Shown here piece by piece: positions 8,444 through 16,605 of a DNA stretch of 64,000 bases. The position numbers were made by a program, and so were the translations under genes. The stretch covers positions 66,287 to 130,286 of the forward strand of contig CAZRCI010000005.1 in NCBI GenBank assembly GCA_964598535.1, in the 5' to 3' direction. The DNA is from an uncultured Planctomycetaceae bacterium. GTDB taxonomy: Bacteria; Planctomycetota; Planctomycetia; Pirellulales; PALSA-1355. Position 1 is the first letter of the stretch; the number at the start of each line of letters is the position of its first letter. The notes below the pieces were generated by a model. The model was not told the DNA's origin. It was given only the letters and a program-made list of their open reading frames with translations, and made no database searches.

Positions 8444-10198
8444 TTGGACCCGATGTCGACACTCTTGCTCGTGACAATTCTGCTACCGGCGGTTGGCGCG
8501 GTGGTCGTGTGCCTGTTGGCGGACCAGGGAGCCAGTGGCACGCGGCAAGCGGCGCTCGTCACGTCGCTTTTGACGCTGGTGTTGGCGGGCGCGCTGGCTT
8601 GGAACTTCGAACCGCCCACGGAGCCGGCAATTCCGTTCGCGGCTTCCACGTTCGAGTGGCTGGGTCCCTCGTCGCACGTGAACGTTGAGTTCAGCCTGGG
8701 GCTCGACGGCCTTAGCATCTGGCTATTCGCGCTCTCCGCGCTGCTACTCGTAACGTGCGTGCTCGTAAGTTGGGAGGCGATCACCGACCGGCCCGCGGTG
8801 TTTTATAGCCTGCTGCTGATGCTCGGCAGCGGCATGTTGGGGGTGTTCGCCGCGCGCGATTTGATCCTGTTTTATATCTTCTTCGAGTTCACACTGATCC
8901 CGCTGTTCTTCTTGATCGGCGTATGGGGCTCGGAAGACCGTCGTTATGCCGCGGTGAAATTTTTTCTGTTTACGCTGGCCGGCAGCCTGTTCACGTTTCT
9001 GGGGCTACTGACGATCGTGCTTTGGAATTACAACCATTCTGAAGCTGCTCAGATGACGTTTTCGATTCATGAGCTGACGGCCGGGCTTGCGGCGCATCCG
9101 CTGGCCCAGCCGTATCAACTGTGGGTATTTTTGGCGCTTTTCGCGGGTTTTGCGATCAAGGTGCCACTCTTCCCGCTGCATACCTGGTTGCCGCTCGCGC
9201 ATACGCAAGCGCCCACGGCCGGTAGCGTGCTGTTGGCCGGCGTGTTGCTGAAGATCGGAACGTATGGCTTTGCGCGGTTCAGCATTCCGATGTTGCCGGA
9301 GGCCACGGCCACGTGCGTTCCGTGGATCCTCTCGCTGTCGGCGGCGGGAATCATCTACGGCGCGCTCGTGGCCCTGGTGCAAACCGACATGAAGCGGCTG
9401 ATCGCCTATAGCAGCGTAAGTCACCTGGGCTTCTGCATGTTGGGCTTGTTTGCCCTGATGCCGGTTAGTGTTGAAGGCGGTGTGCTGCAGATGGTCAACC
9501 ACGGCCTGTCGACCGGCGGACTGTTCGCCATCGTGGGCATGATCTACGAACGTTATCACACCCGTGAGATCGCCCAGTTCGGCGGAATCGCGCGGCGGAC
9601 ACCGGTGCTGGCGTTCTTCTTCTTGCTGTTTACGTTGTCGAGCATCGGCCTGCCGGGCATGAACGGCTTCGTGGGCGAGTTCATGGTGCTCATCGGGATG
9701 TTCCAGCGGGCCTGGACCGGCGCGCCCGAGGGGCTGCAACTGTTGTACAAGGTGGTTGCCGTGGCCAGCGTGTCGGGCGTGGTGCTGGGGGCCTGGTACA
9801 TGCTGTACCTGGTGCAACGGGTGTTCTTCGGACCGCTGCGCGAGCCTGTGACTCATGGACACGACGAGCCGCATGCGGTGCATCATGGCGGTCATGGGCA
9901 CGATGGCCACAGCCACGATAGCCACGGACATGGCGGCGGAAGCATTCCGCCGAGTTCGGTGCGAGATCTTTCGTTTCGCGAGATCATGGCTGTGGCTCCC
10001 TTGGTGGTATTCGTATTTTGGATTGGCTTGTATCCCGAGTTTTTCCTGCGGCAGATGCAGTCGACGCTCGAGCCGCTCTCGCGCGGTGCGCAGCAGGCGG
10101 TTGTGCGGCGGTACGCCGATCCCGCGACCCTGGCACTTGAAGAAACAACAGGGCGGGCAGATCAGCTCGCTGGGGGAGTAACGACGCGTGTCCAATGA
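8444..10198 (+). CDS. nuoM: NADH-quinone oxidoreductase subunit M with His-rich insertion
   Basis: 584-aa ND4-like protein (FPLHTWLPLAHTQAPTAGSVLLAGVLLK). The TTG start at 8444 could instead be ATG 8453. A His-rich loop lies near the C-terminus. Confidence 0.92.
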   Translation: MDPMSTLLLVTILLPAVGAVVVCLLADQGASGTRQAALVTSLLTLVLAGALAWNFEPPTEPAIPFAASTFEWLGPSSHVNVEFSLGLDGLSIWLFALSALLLVTCVLVSWEAITDRPAVFYSLLLMLGSGMLGVFAARDLILFYIFFEFTLIPLFFLIGVWGSEDRRYAAVKFFLFTLAGSLFTFLGLLTIVLWNYNHSEAAQMTFSIHELTAGLAAHPLAQPYQLWVFLALFAGFAIKVPLFPLHTWLPLAHTQAPTAGSVLLAGVLLKIGTYGFARFSIPMLPEATATCVPWILSLSAAGIIYGALVALVQTDMKRLIAYSSVSHLGFCMLGLFALMPVSVEGGVLQMVNHGLSTGGLFAIVGMIYERYHTREIAQFGGIARRTPVLAFFFLLFTLSSIGLPGMNGFVGEFMVLIGMFQRAWTGAPEGLQLLYKVVAVASVSGVVLGAWYMLYLVQRVFFGPLREPVTHGHDEPHAVHHGGHGHDGHSHDSHGHGGGSIPPSSVRDLSFREIMAVAPLVVFVFWIGLYPEFFLRQMQSTLEPLSRGAQQAVVRRYADPATLALEETTGRADQLAGGVTTRVQ

Positions 10199-11795
10199 GA
10201 CAGCTTATCTGCTGCTGCCGGAAATTATCTTGGTGCTGGCCGGCACGTTGATTTACCTCGGCGGGGCATTTGCGCCGGGCAAATCGGTATGGGCCGCGGT
10301 CGCTGCGCTCGCGGTGTTGTGTGCCGGCTGCGCGCTCGCACAGCAGGGAACCACCGAGACTGTACAAAAAGCTTTCGCAAGCGGCGCAATCAGCGGGCCA
10401 CTTTCGATTGACTGGTTTTCAGCGGCGTTTCGTTACGGGGTACTGGCCGTGGGCCTGGTGTTCGCGCTGGTCGCCGCACGCTGGACCGGCGAAGGAGATC
10501 AGGCCGAGTTTCAGGGCTCGTTGCTGATGATTCTGGCCGGGCTGATGCTCGTGTCGCTAGGCAACGACCTGGTGCTCGTGTTCGTGGGGCTCGAGTTGGT
10601 TTCCATTCCGACCTATGTGGTGCTCTACCTGGGGCGCGGAACCAACCTGCTCGAGTCGGGCACGAAGTATTTCTTTCTCAGCGTGCTGTCGAGCGCGCTG
10701 ATGCTATACGGGTTTAGCTTTCTGTACGGCGTAGCCGGTTCGACGAGCCTCATCGACATCCGCGAGGCCTTCGCGCATCCGGACGCCGACGCCGTGCGGC
10801 TGCTGCCGTTCGCGCGGTTGGCGTTGATTCTGATTTTTGCCGGCCTGGCTTTCCGGCTTACGGCGGTGCCGTTCCACTTTTATGCACCGGATGTCTACCA
10901 GGGAACCAGCAACGTGAATGCCGGGTTGCTGGCGGTGATTCCGAAGATCGCGGCGCTGGCGGCCATCGTGCGAATCATCTATGCCGCGATGCCGGGGCTA
11001 GAACAGGTTGGTTGGCAACTTACGCTGGCCGTGGCGATGGTTACGATGACGCTGGGCAACCTGCTTGCTCTCTGGCAATCGAACGTGCGGCGGATGATGG
11101 CCTATTCTTCGATCGCGCACGCCGGTTACATGCTGATTGGGCTGGCGGTTGGCTTTGCCACGGCCGGTGGTGCGGTCGTGGCCGAAGGGCTTGATGGCGT
11201 GGGGGCGACGTTGTTCTATCTGCTGGTCTATGCTGCTGCCACGGCGGGCGTCTTCGCCGCGTTGGCATATCTCAGCGGTGAACGCCGGATCGTCAGCACG
11301 CTGGACGATCTCGCGGGCATCAGCAGTTCCTATCCCAAGTCGGCCGCGGCGCTCGCGCTGTTCATGTTTTCGTTGGCCGGGTTGCCGCCCCTGGCGGGAT
11401 TCTGGGGCAAGTTCACGCTCTTTACGGGAGCCCTGAGCGTGGATGCGAGAAATCCGGAGACCGGTAATCTGTGGCCTTGGTTCTTGGCGTTGGCCGTGGT
11501 GGGCGTGTTGAATGCCGCCATTTCGGCGGCCTACTACCTGCGGCTGATCGGCGTGATGTATTTCCGTAGCGGAACAACGGCGCCCGAGGGACGCGGCGGC
11601 GCGGGAGCAGCCTGGGCCACGGGGCTGTGTGCGCTGGCGGTGCTGGGGATCGGCGCCTTTCCAGGACCGCTGATCGAAGCCGGCAAACGTGCCAGTCGGG
11701 CCGCACGCGACGTTTCACCTCAGATGCTCGCCGGTGAAGCACCGCGTGCGGGCGACCAGGCAGCGCATGCCAAGCGGCCGTCCTTGGTACCGTAA
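10188..11795 (+). CDS. nuoN: NADH-quinone oxidoreductase subunit N
   Basis: 535-aa ND2-like protein (FHFYAPDVYQGTSN). GTG start overlaps nuoM by 11 nt. Last gene of the nuo series. Confidence 0.92.
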   Translation: MSNETAYLLLPEIILVLAGTLIYLGGAFAPGKSVWAAVAALAVLCAGCALAQQGTTETVQKAFASGAISGPLSIDWFSAAFRYGVLAVGLVFALVAARWTGEGDQAEFQGSLLMILAGLMLVSLGNDLVLVFVGLELVSIPTYVVLYLGRGTNLLESGTKYFFLSVLSSALMLYGFSFLYGVAGSTSLIDIREAFAHPDADAVRLLPFARLALILIFAGLAFRLTAVPFHFYAPDVYQGTSNVNAGLLAVIPKIAALAAIVRIIYAAMPGLEQVGWQLTLAVAMVTMTLGNLLALWQSNVRRMMAYSSIAHAGYMLIGLAVGFATAGGAVVAEGLDGVGATLFYLLVYAAATAGVFAALAYLSGERRIVSTLDDLAGISSSYPKSAAALALFMFSLAGLPPLAGFWGKFTLFTGALSVDARNPETGNLWPWFLALAVVGVLNAAISAAYYLRLIGVMYFRSGTTAPEGRGGAGAAWATGLCALAVLGIGAFPGPLIEAGKRASRAARDVSPQMLAGEAPRAGDQAAHAKRPSLVP

Positions 11796-11820
11796 GCGGC
11801 CATGGCCGCTTACGGCTTTG
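11790..11820 (+). terminator. Candidate intrinsic terminator overlapping the nuoN stop codon
   Basis: Perfect inverted repeat CCGTAAGCGG-CCATGG-CCGCTTACGG (11790-11815) followed by CTTTG. The U-tract is weak. Confidence 0.45.
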
Positions 11821-12006
11821 GAAGGCGGGTGGCGAGTGGATGGGGGTGATGTGCTCCTAGGGCACAACTGTCGTGGAAGCCGGATTCTCCTGGGATTTTC
11901 TCGCGTGCCTTTCGCGACGAGCTGCGATTGTGCTGTCAGCTCGGTGGTACTCGCGCAGCCGAGTAATTATGCTTACTTGTGGGGCGGAGCTACCACGAGA
12001 GGCGGC

Positions 12007-13410
12007 ATGTCTTTTTCCAACGATGCGGCGGTCGAATTGGCCAGGTTCCTGGGCAACGGCGCGGCTCCTATCTATGTCCTTGATGAGGATCGGCGAATTG
12101 TCTTCTACAACGCGGCCTGCGCGGCATGGCTAGGGATAAGCGCCGACGCGTTGCTAGGACAGAAGTGCAACTACCATACGCCGGCTGGCGATGCTCTCGA
12201 GGGCGGGACGTTGGCGGCGCTGGCCGCCGGGCTTTGCCCGCCTCCTCAGGCATTTGCGGGACGAGCCCAATCCGCGACCGTGAGCATTGGCCGAGCCGAC
12301 GGCCGCGCTGCGACGCGGCGGGGACATTTTCTTCCGCTGGCCCACGGCGAGGACGAGAGTTCGCCGGTGGTCGCGATTTTGGAAACGGCCGATGAGGCGT
12401 CCGTGCACCCAACGGATCGCGACACGCCGCTCGACAATATGTCGCTCGATGCGCTGCACGACGCGGTGCGAAGCTACCGGCGGCAATGGGCGGGCCGTTT
12501 CAGCGCCGATCGTCTGATCGGCGAGCATCCGCAGATCGTGCGAGCACGGGCGCAGGTGCTGCTCGCCGCGGGCAGCGCCTCCAACGTCACGATCGTTGGA
12601 CCGCCCGGCACCGGAAAGGAGCATGCCGCGAAGGCCATTCACTACGGCCAGGCGGAAGCTGGGTTGCTCGTGCCGATCGATTGCGTGCTGATGGAAACCA
12701 ATCTGTTACGCAGTACGCTACGGACGCTTTGCGCGCGGAAAGCATTGAGGCCGGCACGGAGCACGCTGCTGGTGGAACATGCCCAGCACATGCCGGCCGA
12801 GGTACAGAGCGATTTGACGGAAGTGCTCGGCGACGGCTCGCTCGGAATGCGTGCGATCGCACTTTGCGAGAGACCATTGCACGCGCTGGCTTCGGACGGC
12901 ACTTTTTCGGCCCATCTGGCGTGTGCGCTTGGCACGCTGGTTATCGAATTGCCGCCGCTGGCCGAACGTATCGAAGATCTGCCGCTCTTGGCCCAGGCCC
13001 TGCTCGAAGAGCAGAACGCATCGCAGCTTCGCCAACTCGCGGGCTTCTCCCCCGAGGCGCTCGATCAGCTTGCCGCGTACCCTTGGCCGGGCAACCTGGA
13101 CGAGTTGCAAGTCCTGGTGCGCGAGCTTCATGAGAAGGCGGCGGGGCCGCGAATCGTGCCGCGCGACTTGCCGCGAACCATCTACTGGGGCGCCGAAGCG
13201 GCAACCGGGCCCCGCGGCGAAGAGCCGATGGTCTTGGAAGAGTTTTTGGCCCGCGTGGAACGCGAGCTTATCGCTCGCGCCATGCGGAAAGCCAAGGGGA
13301 ACAAAAGCCGGGCGGCAAAGATGCTGGGCCTCACCCGGCCGCGGCTGTATCGGCGATTGGTTCAATTGGGTTTGGAGCCGCCGAGCGAGCAGGAACTAAC
13401 CGAATCCTAG
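12007..13410 (+). CDS. PAS-AAA+-HTH regulator, degenerate sigma-54-activator (bEBP)-like protein
   Basis: I chose the in-frame ATG at 12007 (MSFSNDAAVE...) because the 11689 start overlaps nuoN and runs through its terminator hairpin. It carries Walker A GPPGTGKE and a C-terminal Fis-type HTH (KSRAAKMLGLTRPRLYRRL). Compared with the NtrC-type protein at 35646-37082, it lacks the ESELFGH...GSFTGA segment and has LLVEHA in place of LFLDEI. Confidence 0.8.
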   Translation: MSFSNDAAVELARFLGNGAAPIYVLDEDRRIVFYNAACAAWLGISADALLGQKCNYHTPAGDALEGGTLAALAAGLCPPPQAFAGRAQSATVSIGRADGRAATRRGHFLPLAHGEDESSPVVAILETADEASVHPTDRDTPLDNMSLDALHDAVRSYRRQWAGRFSADRLIGEHPQIVRARAQVLLAAGSASNVTIVGPPGTGKEHAAKAIHYGQAEAGLLVPIDCVLMETNLLRSTLRTLCARKALRPARSTLLVEHAQHMPAEVQSDLTEVLGDGSLGMRAIALCERPLHALASDGTFSAHLACALGTLVIELPPLAERIEDLPLLAQALLEEQNASQLRQLAGFSPEALDQLAAYPWPGNLDELQVLVRELHEKAAGPRIVPRDLPRTIYWGAEAATGPRGEEPMVLEEFLARVERELIARAMRKAKGNKSRAAKMLGLTRPRLYRRLVQLGLEPPSEQELTES

Positions 13411-13414
13411 CGGA

Positions 13415-13939
13415 GTGTTTTCCACGCTTGGCCCCTGGTCACTTTTGGGGATGCGACCTACGATGAAGCCCGAGACATTGGCAACTTCGCCGCTGGCTAT
13501 GTCCAGCAAACCGCGATTGATCGTTTGCGAGCGGTCAGGGCAGTGGGCCGCCGGCCTCAAAAGAGCGGCGGTGCGTGAGGTTTCGATCCGCGAAACTCGT
13601 TCGCTGGCCGAATGCCAGGCCGAATTGTCGCAGAATCCTAGCAGCTTTGTCGTGGTCGAGCTAACGGCCACGAATATTCGCGAGGTGCTGGAATTCGTGG
13701 CGCGGATTGGCCGTGACTTTCGTTGGGCACGTTCAGCCGTGGTCGCCGAGAGGCGGTTGGCGGAATGCGAGTGGGCGATGCGCGAGGCAGGAGCGGTGTA
13801 TTTTGCCATGTCGCCGTCGGCGGCGCGAGATATTACGCGGTTCGCCGTTCGGCAGGCGGCGTTTGTGCCGCAGCCCAAGCGGAGCCTGGCCACGCGAATT
13901 TGGGATTCGCTGCCTTGGCCGGAAGCGACAACAGGCTAG
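13415..13939 (+). CDS. Hypothetical protein with pseudo-receiver (CheY-like, non-phosphorylatable) architecture
   Basis: 174-aa ORF starting 4 nt after the regulator stop. The start could also be ATG 13451 or 13463. It aligns by eye to the receiver domain at 35646, but the conserved residues are replaced: DD->CE, phospho-Asp->Glu (FVVVELT), Thr->Ala and Lys->Met. Confidence 0.55.
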   Translation: MFSTLGPWSLLGMRPTMKPETLATSPLAMSSKPRLIVCERSGQWAAGLKRAAVREVSIRETRSLAECQAELSQNPSSFVVVELTATNIREVLEFVARIGRDFRWARSAVVAERRLAECEWAMREAGAVYFAMSPSAARDITRFAVRQAAFVPQPKRSLATRIWDSLPWPEATTG

Positions 13940-14020
13940 CGGTGGTGACCGGCAAGACCTGTGGCGCGATCGCCAACGTCGCAAAATCAAAGACACTTAC
14001 GACGGAAGGACTATTTTCCG

Positions 14021-15109
14021 ATGACAGACCAGAAGCTCGATCAAGCGGCCGTCACGGCGGCGCTCCAATTGTTTCTCGATCCGGAAACCGGCCGCAGCGT
14101 GGTCGCGAACGGGCAAATCAGCAGCATTCAGGTCCAAGGCGGTCACGTAGCGGTCACGCTTGGGCTTACATCGCACGAGGCGATCATTCGTGACGAAACG
14201 GCAGCGGCCCTGGCCAATCATCTCCGTAAGAACCTGCCTGGCGTTCAAGACGTGAATGTCTCTGTGACCGAGCACCAGCGTCCCGCGCCGAAGATCGGTC
14301 AGGTGGGACTTACGGCGAAGAGTGTGATTGCCGTCGGCTCCGGCAAGGGCGGCGTGGGCAAGAGCACCATCGCCACGTCGTTGGCTATCGGTTTGGCGCG
14401 CGCGGGAAGCAAAGTCGGATTGATGGACGCCGACGTTTATGGTCCGAGCATTCCACATTTGCTGGGCGTAAACCAGCGGCCGGCGATCGAAGACAACCGC
14501 ATTCAGCCGATCGAAGCGGCCGGAATGAAAGTCATTTCGATGGGCTTTCTAGTACCGCCGGGAGAGGCCGTTGTGTGGCGCGGGCCGATGCTGCACGGTG
14601 CGATCACACAATTTTTGCGCGACACGGCCTGGGGGGACCTCGACTATTTGATCATCGACATGCCGCCCGGCACCGGCGACATCGCGCTTACGCTGTCGCA
14701 GCTCTTGCCGCTGTCGGGCGCGGTGATCGTTTGCACTCCGCAGGATGTCGCGCTACTCGATGCGATCAAGGCGGTGGCGATGTTTCGCAAAGTAAACATT
14801 CCCATCTTGGGAATGGTCGAGAACATGAGTGGATTCGTTGCGCCCGAGACGGGAAAGCGCTACGACATTTTCGGTTCTGGCGGCGCGCAGAAGAAAGCCG
14901 TGGAGCTAGGTATTCCGTTCCTCGGCGAAGTACCGATTCATATCGCGATTCGCGAATTGGGCGACGCGGGGCGTGCCGCGGCGGTGTTCGACGATCCGGC
15001 AAGCGCGGCGCATCTCGAGCGGTTGTGCTTGAATCTGGTGCGAAACTTGGCCGCCAATAAGTCGACGGGCAGCGGGCCCGAAGGAGCCTTGCCGGTTTTG
15101 AGTCTGTAG
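14021..15109 (+). CDS. apbC: Fe-S cluster carrier ATPase Mrp/ApbC with N-terminal DUF59-like domain
   Basis: P-loop GSGKGGVGKST and a conserved CTPQ Cys region. The start is taken at ATG 14021 (MTDQKLDQAAV...) rather than the longer ORF-track start at 13961. Confidence 0.92.
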   Translation: MTDQKLDQAAVTAALQLFLDPETGRSVVANGQISSIQVQGGHVAVTLGLTSHEAIIRDETAAALANHLRKNLPGVQDVNVSVTEHQRPAPKIGQVGLTAKSVIAVGSGKGGVGKSTIATSLAIGLARAGSKVGLMDADVYGPSIPHLLGVNQRPAIEDNRIQPIEAAGMKVISMGFLVPPGEAVVWRGPMLHGAITQFLRDTAWGDLDYLIIDMPPGTGDIALTLSQLLPLSGAVIVCTPQDVALLDAIKAVAMFRKVNIPILGMVENMSGFVAPETGKRYDIFGSGGAQKKAVELGIPFLGEVPIHIAIRELGDAGRAAAVFDDPASAAHLERLCLNLVRNLAANKSTGSGPEGALPVLSL

Positions 15110-15248
15110 CGGTAAGTCGTTGAGATGAATTGGTTTATCTCGACCCCTGTGGCGTGGTTCACCGCGGATGCGGGGCGCGATGGTTGATCGGCCTCGCCAC
15201 TGGGAGTTCCTGTCCCAGTTGGCCGCGTAGAGCACGTTGGCCGCGTAG

Positions 15249-15298
15249 AAAAAGCTAGAGCCGTTCGGACCAGAGATCCGAACGGCTCTTTCTCGTTG
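15249..15298. terminator. Bidirectional intrinsic terminator between convergent apbC and the micro-ORF
   Basis: Perfect 13-bp stem AGAGCCGTTCGGA / TCCGAACGGCTCT (15257-15269 / 15277-15289) with a 7-nt loop. An A5 run lies upstream and TTCTCGTTGT downstream, so a U-run follows the hairpin on both strands. Confidence 0.7.
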
Positions 15299-15358
15299 TA
15301 TTCAGGGTCGCTGACTTGAGCAGCGACGTACGGCAACTGAGTGCCGCCCGAAGAAGCG

Positions 15359-15433
15359 CTACTTCTTCTTCTTGGCCGCCTTCTTCTTGGGAGCAGCCTT
15401 CTTAGCAGCAGCTTTCTTCTTCTTCTTGGCCAC
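15359..15433 (-). CDS. 24-aa Lys/Ala-rich micro-protein (M/V-AKKKKKAAAKKAAPKKKAAKKKK)
   Basis: GTG at 15433-15431 is preceded by a perfect AGGAGG (15446-15441) at 7-nt spacing, with TAG stop at 15361-15359. The 15249-15298 hairpin plus U-run lies downstream on the same strand. The 73-aa ORF-track version extends into AT-rich, non-coding-looking sequence. Confidence 0.5.
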   Translation of the reverse strand: MAKKKKKAAAKKAAPKKKAAKKKK

Positions 15434-15610
15434 AGTCCGTCCTCCTAAAAAGTTGTTGGCAAGATCCGTCTCGGTGACCTCCAAGTCACTAGATTGCTCC
15501 GAGCGAGTCCTACCTGAACAAAAAACAAAAGCCATCTCTTGTGAAGCAACGTGTGCTCCATGTTGAGAGAGCTTTAACACACCCGAGTTCAGGAAAGATC
15601 ATGAGTCTCA

Positions 15611-15638
15611 TTTGTACACATTCTGCTGAAATGTGCAA
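15611..15638 (-). promoter_or_regulatory. Candidate sigma-70-type promoter for the micro-ORF transcript
   Basis: On the minus strand: TTGCAC (15638-15633), a 16-nt spacer, then TACAAA (15616-15611). It lies in an AT-rich patch about 170 nt upstream of the GTG. Promoter consensus for this lineage is not established. Confidence 0.25.
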
Positions 15639-15689
15639 CACGAATCTTGACACGGGCAAAAAAATTTTTCGTTCGCAACGACGAGCGAC

Positions 15690-15834
15690 GTTGATCGCGC
15701 GCGTCACTTCCATCGCGCGCACGTGCGTGTGAACAAAAGAATGCGCGCGTTGATCGCGCGATGAACGTGCGTCAGAAATGTTTCATCGATTTCAATCGCA
15801 CGCGCGTCAAGCGTTAATAAATCGATACGTGCGT
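15690..15834. repeat. Cluster of short direct repeats in an AT-rich intergenic region
   Basis: ACGTGCGT occurs three times (15721, 15765, 15827). GTTGATCGCGCG occurs twice (15690, 15749). CATCGCG(CGC) occurs twice. The first ACGTGCGT sits in the 10-bp palindrome CGCACGTGCG. Confidence 0.6.
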
Positions 15835-16605
15835 GCCATCGCGAAAGCGAGCGGCCGGCTGCGCGCCGCGCTGAGAGATACACCACAAACGTCGTTCGTA
15901 AGGCGTGCGCGTGCGAACGTGGAACGTGCGCGCCAACTGGCTGCCGCTGGGAGGCAACGGTTGAGCGGAAGCGCCCCAAGCGCCGAGAATATCGCGCCAT
16001 GCCTCACCGCGGCGCATGAAGCGAATGTGGATCGGATCGAAGCCGTACCAATGCGGTTGGTGCATGACAACCGCCAGGTTTCGTTCGGCCGCGAGGCGCG
16101 TGACGTGCCCGTCAAGCGCGGTCGCGCGGCGCGTTATTTCCGGCAGGGTGATACGGCTCAAAGGATACAGAATCGAACGCAGGAGCTTGAATTTGGCCGG
16201 CGAAAGACGCTCGATGTTTGCCAGCGGCAAACGCGTGATCGTCGTTTGGGCGTCGATGGCCGCCAATCGGTCGAGACAGGCTTCGAGCCAACCGACAATC
16301 CGCGTGACGGGCTCCTCGTAAAGCAGGTCGTTTCCGATATCGGTGAGGAGCGCGGCGGTGGGAAGTCGCGGCGCCGCTTGAAGCTCGGGCCATAAGCCGC
16401 AGGCTTCGATGCCGGGGAGCCCCAGCCCCAGGATTCGCGTGTGGCGGCCGTAGGATCGACCATGTCCCAGGGCTGCGTGAACTTCAAGCGGTTCGCCCCA
16501 TAGTCGAGCCGCGGTTTCGAGTACTGTGCCGATACCCTTGGTCAGATTGCTCGCGCCCAGCAAGACGACGCGGCGCGTGGGCACAAGCGAGCGCGAATCA
16601 CGCAT
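15814..16605 (-). CDS. SGNH/GDSL-like hydrolase
   Basis: Block motifs are LLGASN (Ser), TDIGNDLLY (GxND) and GFDPIHI (DxxH). The start is taken at ATG 16605-16603 (MRDSRSL...), which overlaps the upstream stop as TGATG. The longer ORF-track start overlaps the M50 gene. Confidence 0.8.
   Translation of the reverse strand: MRDSRSLVPTRRVVLLGASNLTKGIGTVLETAARLWGEPLEVHAALGHGRSYGRHTRILGLGLPGIEACGLWPELQAAPRLPTAALLTDIGNDLLYEEPVTRIVGWLEACLDRLAAIDAQTTITRLPLANIERLSPAKFKLLRSILYPLSRITLPEITRRATALDGHVTRLAAERNLAVVMHQPHWYGFDPIHIRFMRRGEAWRDILGAWGASAQPLPPSGSQLARTFHVRTRTPYERRLWCISQRGAQPAARFRDGTHVSIY

Noticed and set aside
11689-12006. Longer N-terminus of the PAS-AAA+ regulator (ORF-track start 11689)
   Set aside because: It would overlap nuoN by 107 nt and read through the hairpin at 11790-11815. 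The extension is Arg/Pro/Cys-rich and non-protein-like. The ATG at 12007 gives a sensible N-terminus.
13926-13939. 14-mer CGACAACAGGCTAG shared between the nuoG stop region and the pseudo-receiver stop
   Set aside because: Several identical 14-mer pairs are expected by chance in 64 kb. There is no extended similarity around the match.
15434-15580. 73-aa version of the Lys/Ala ORF
   Set aside because: The upstream 49 codons lie in AT-rich sequence without coding character. The perfect SD is positioned for the internal GTG, not for the distal start.
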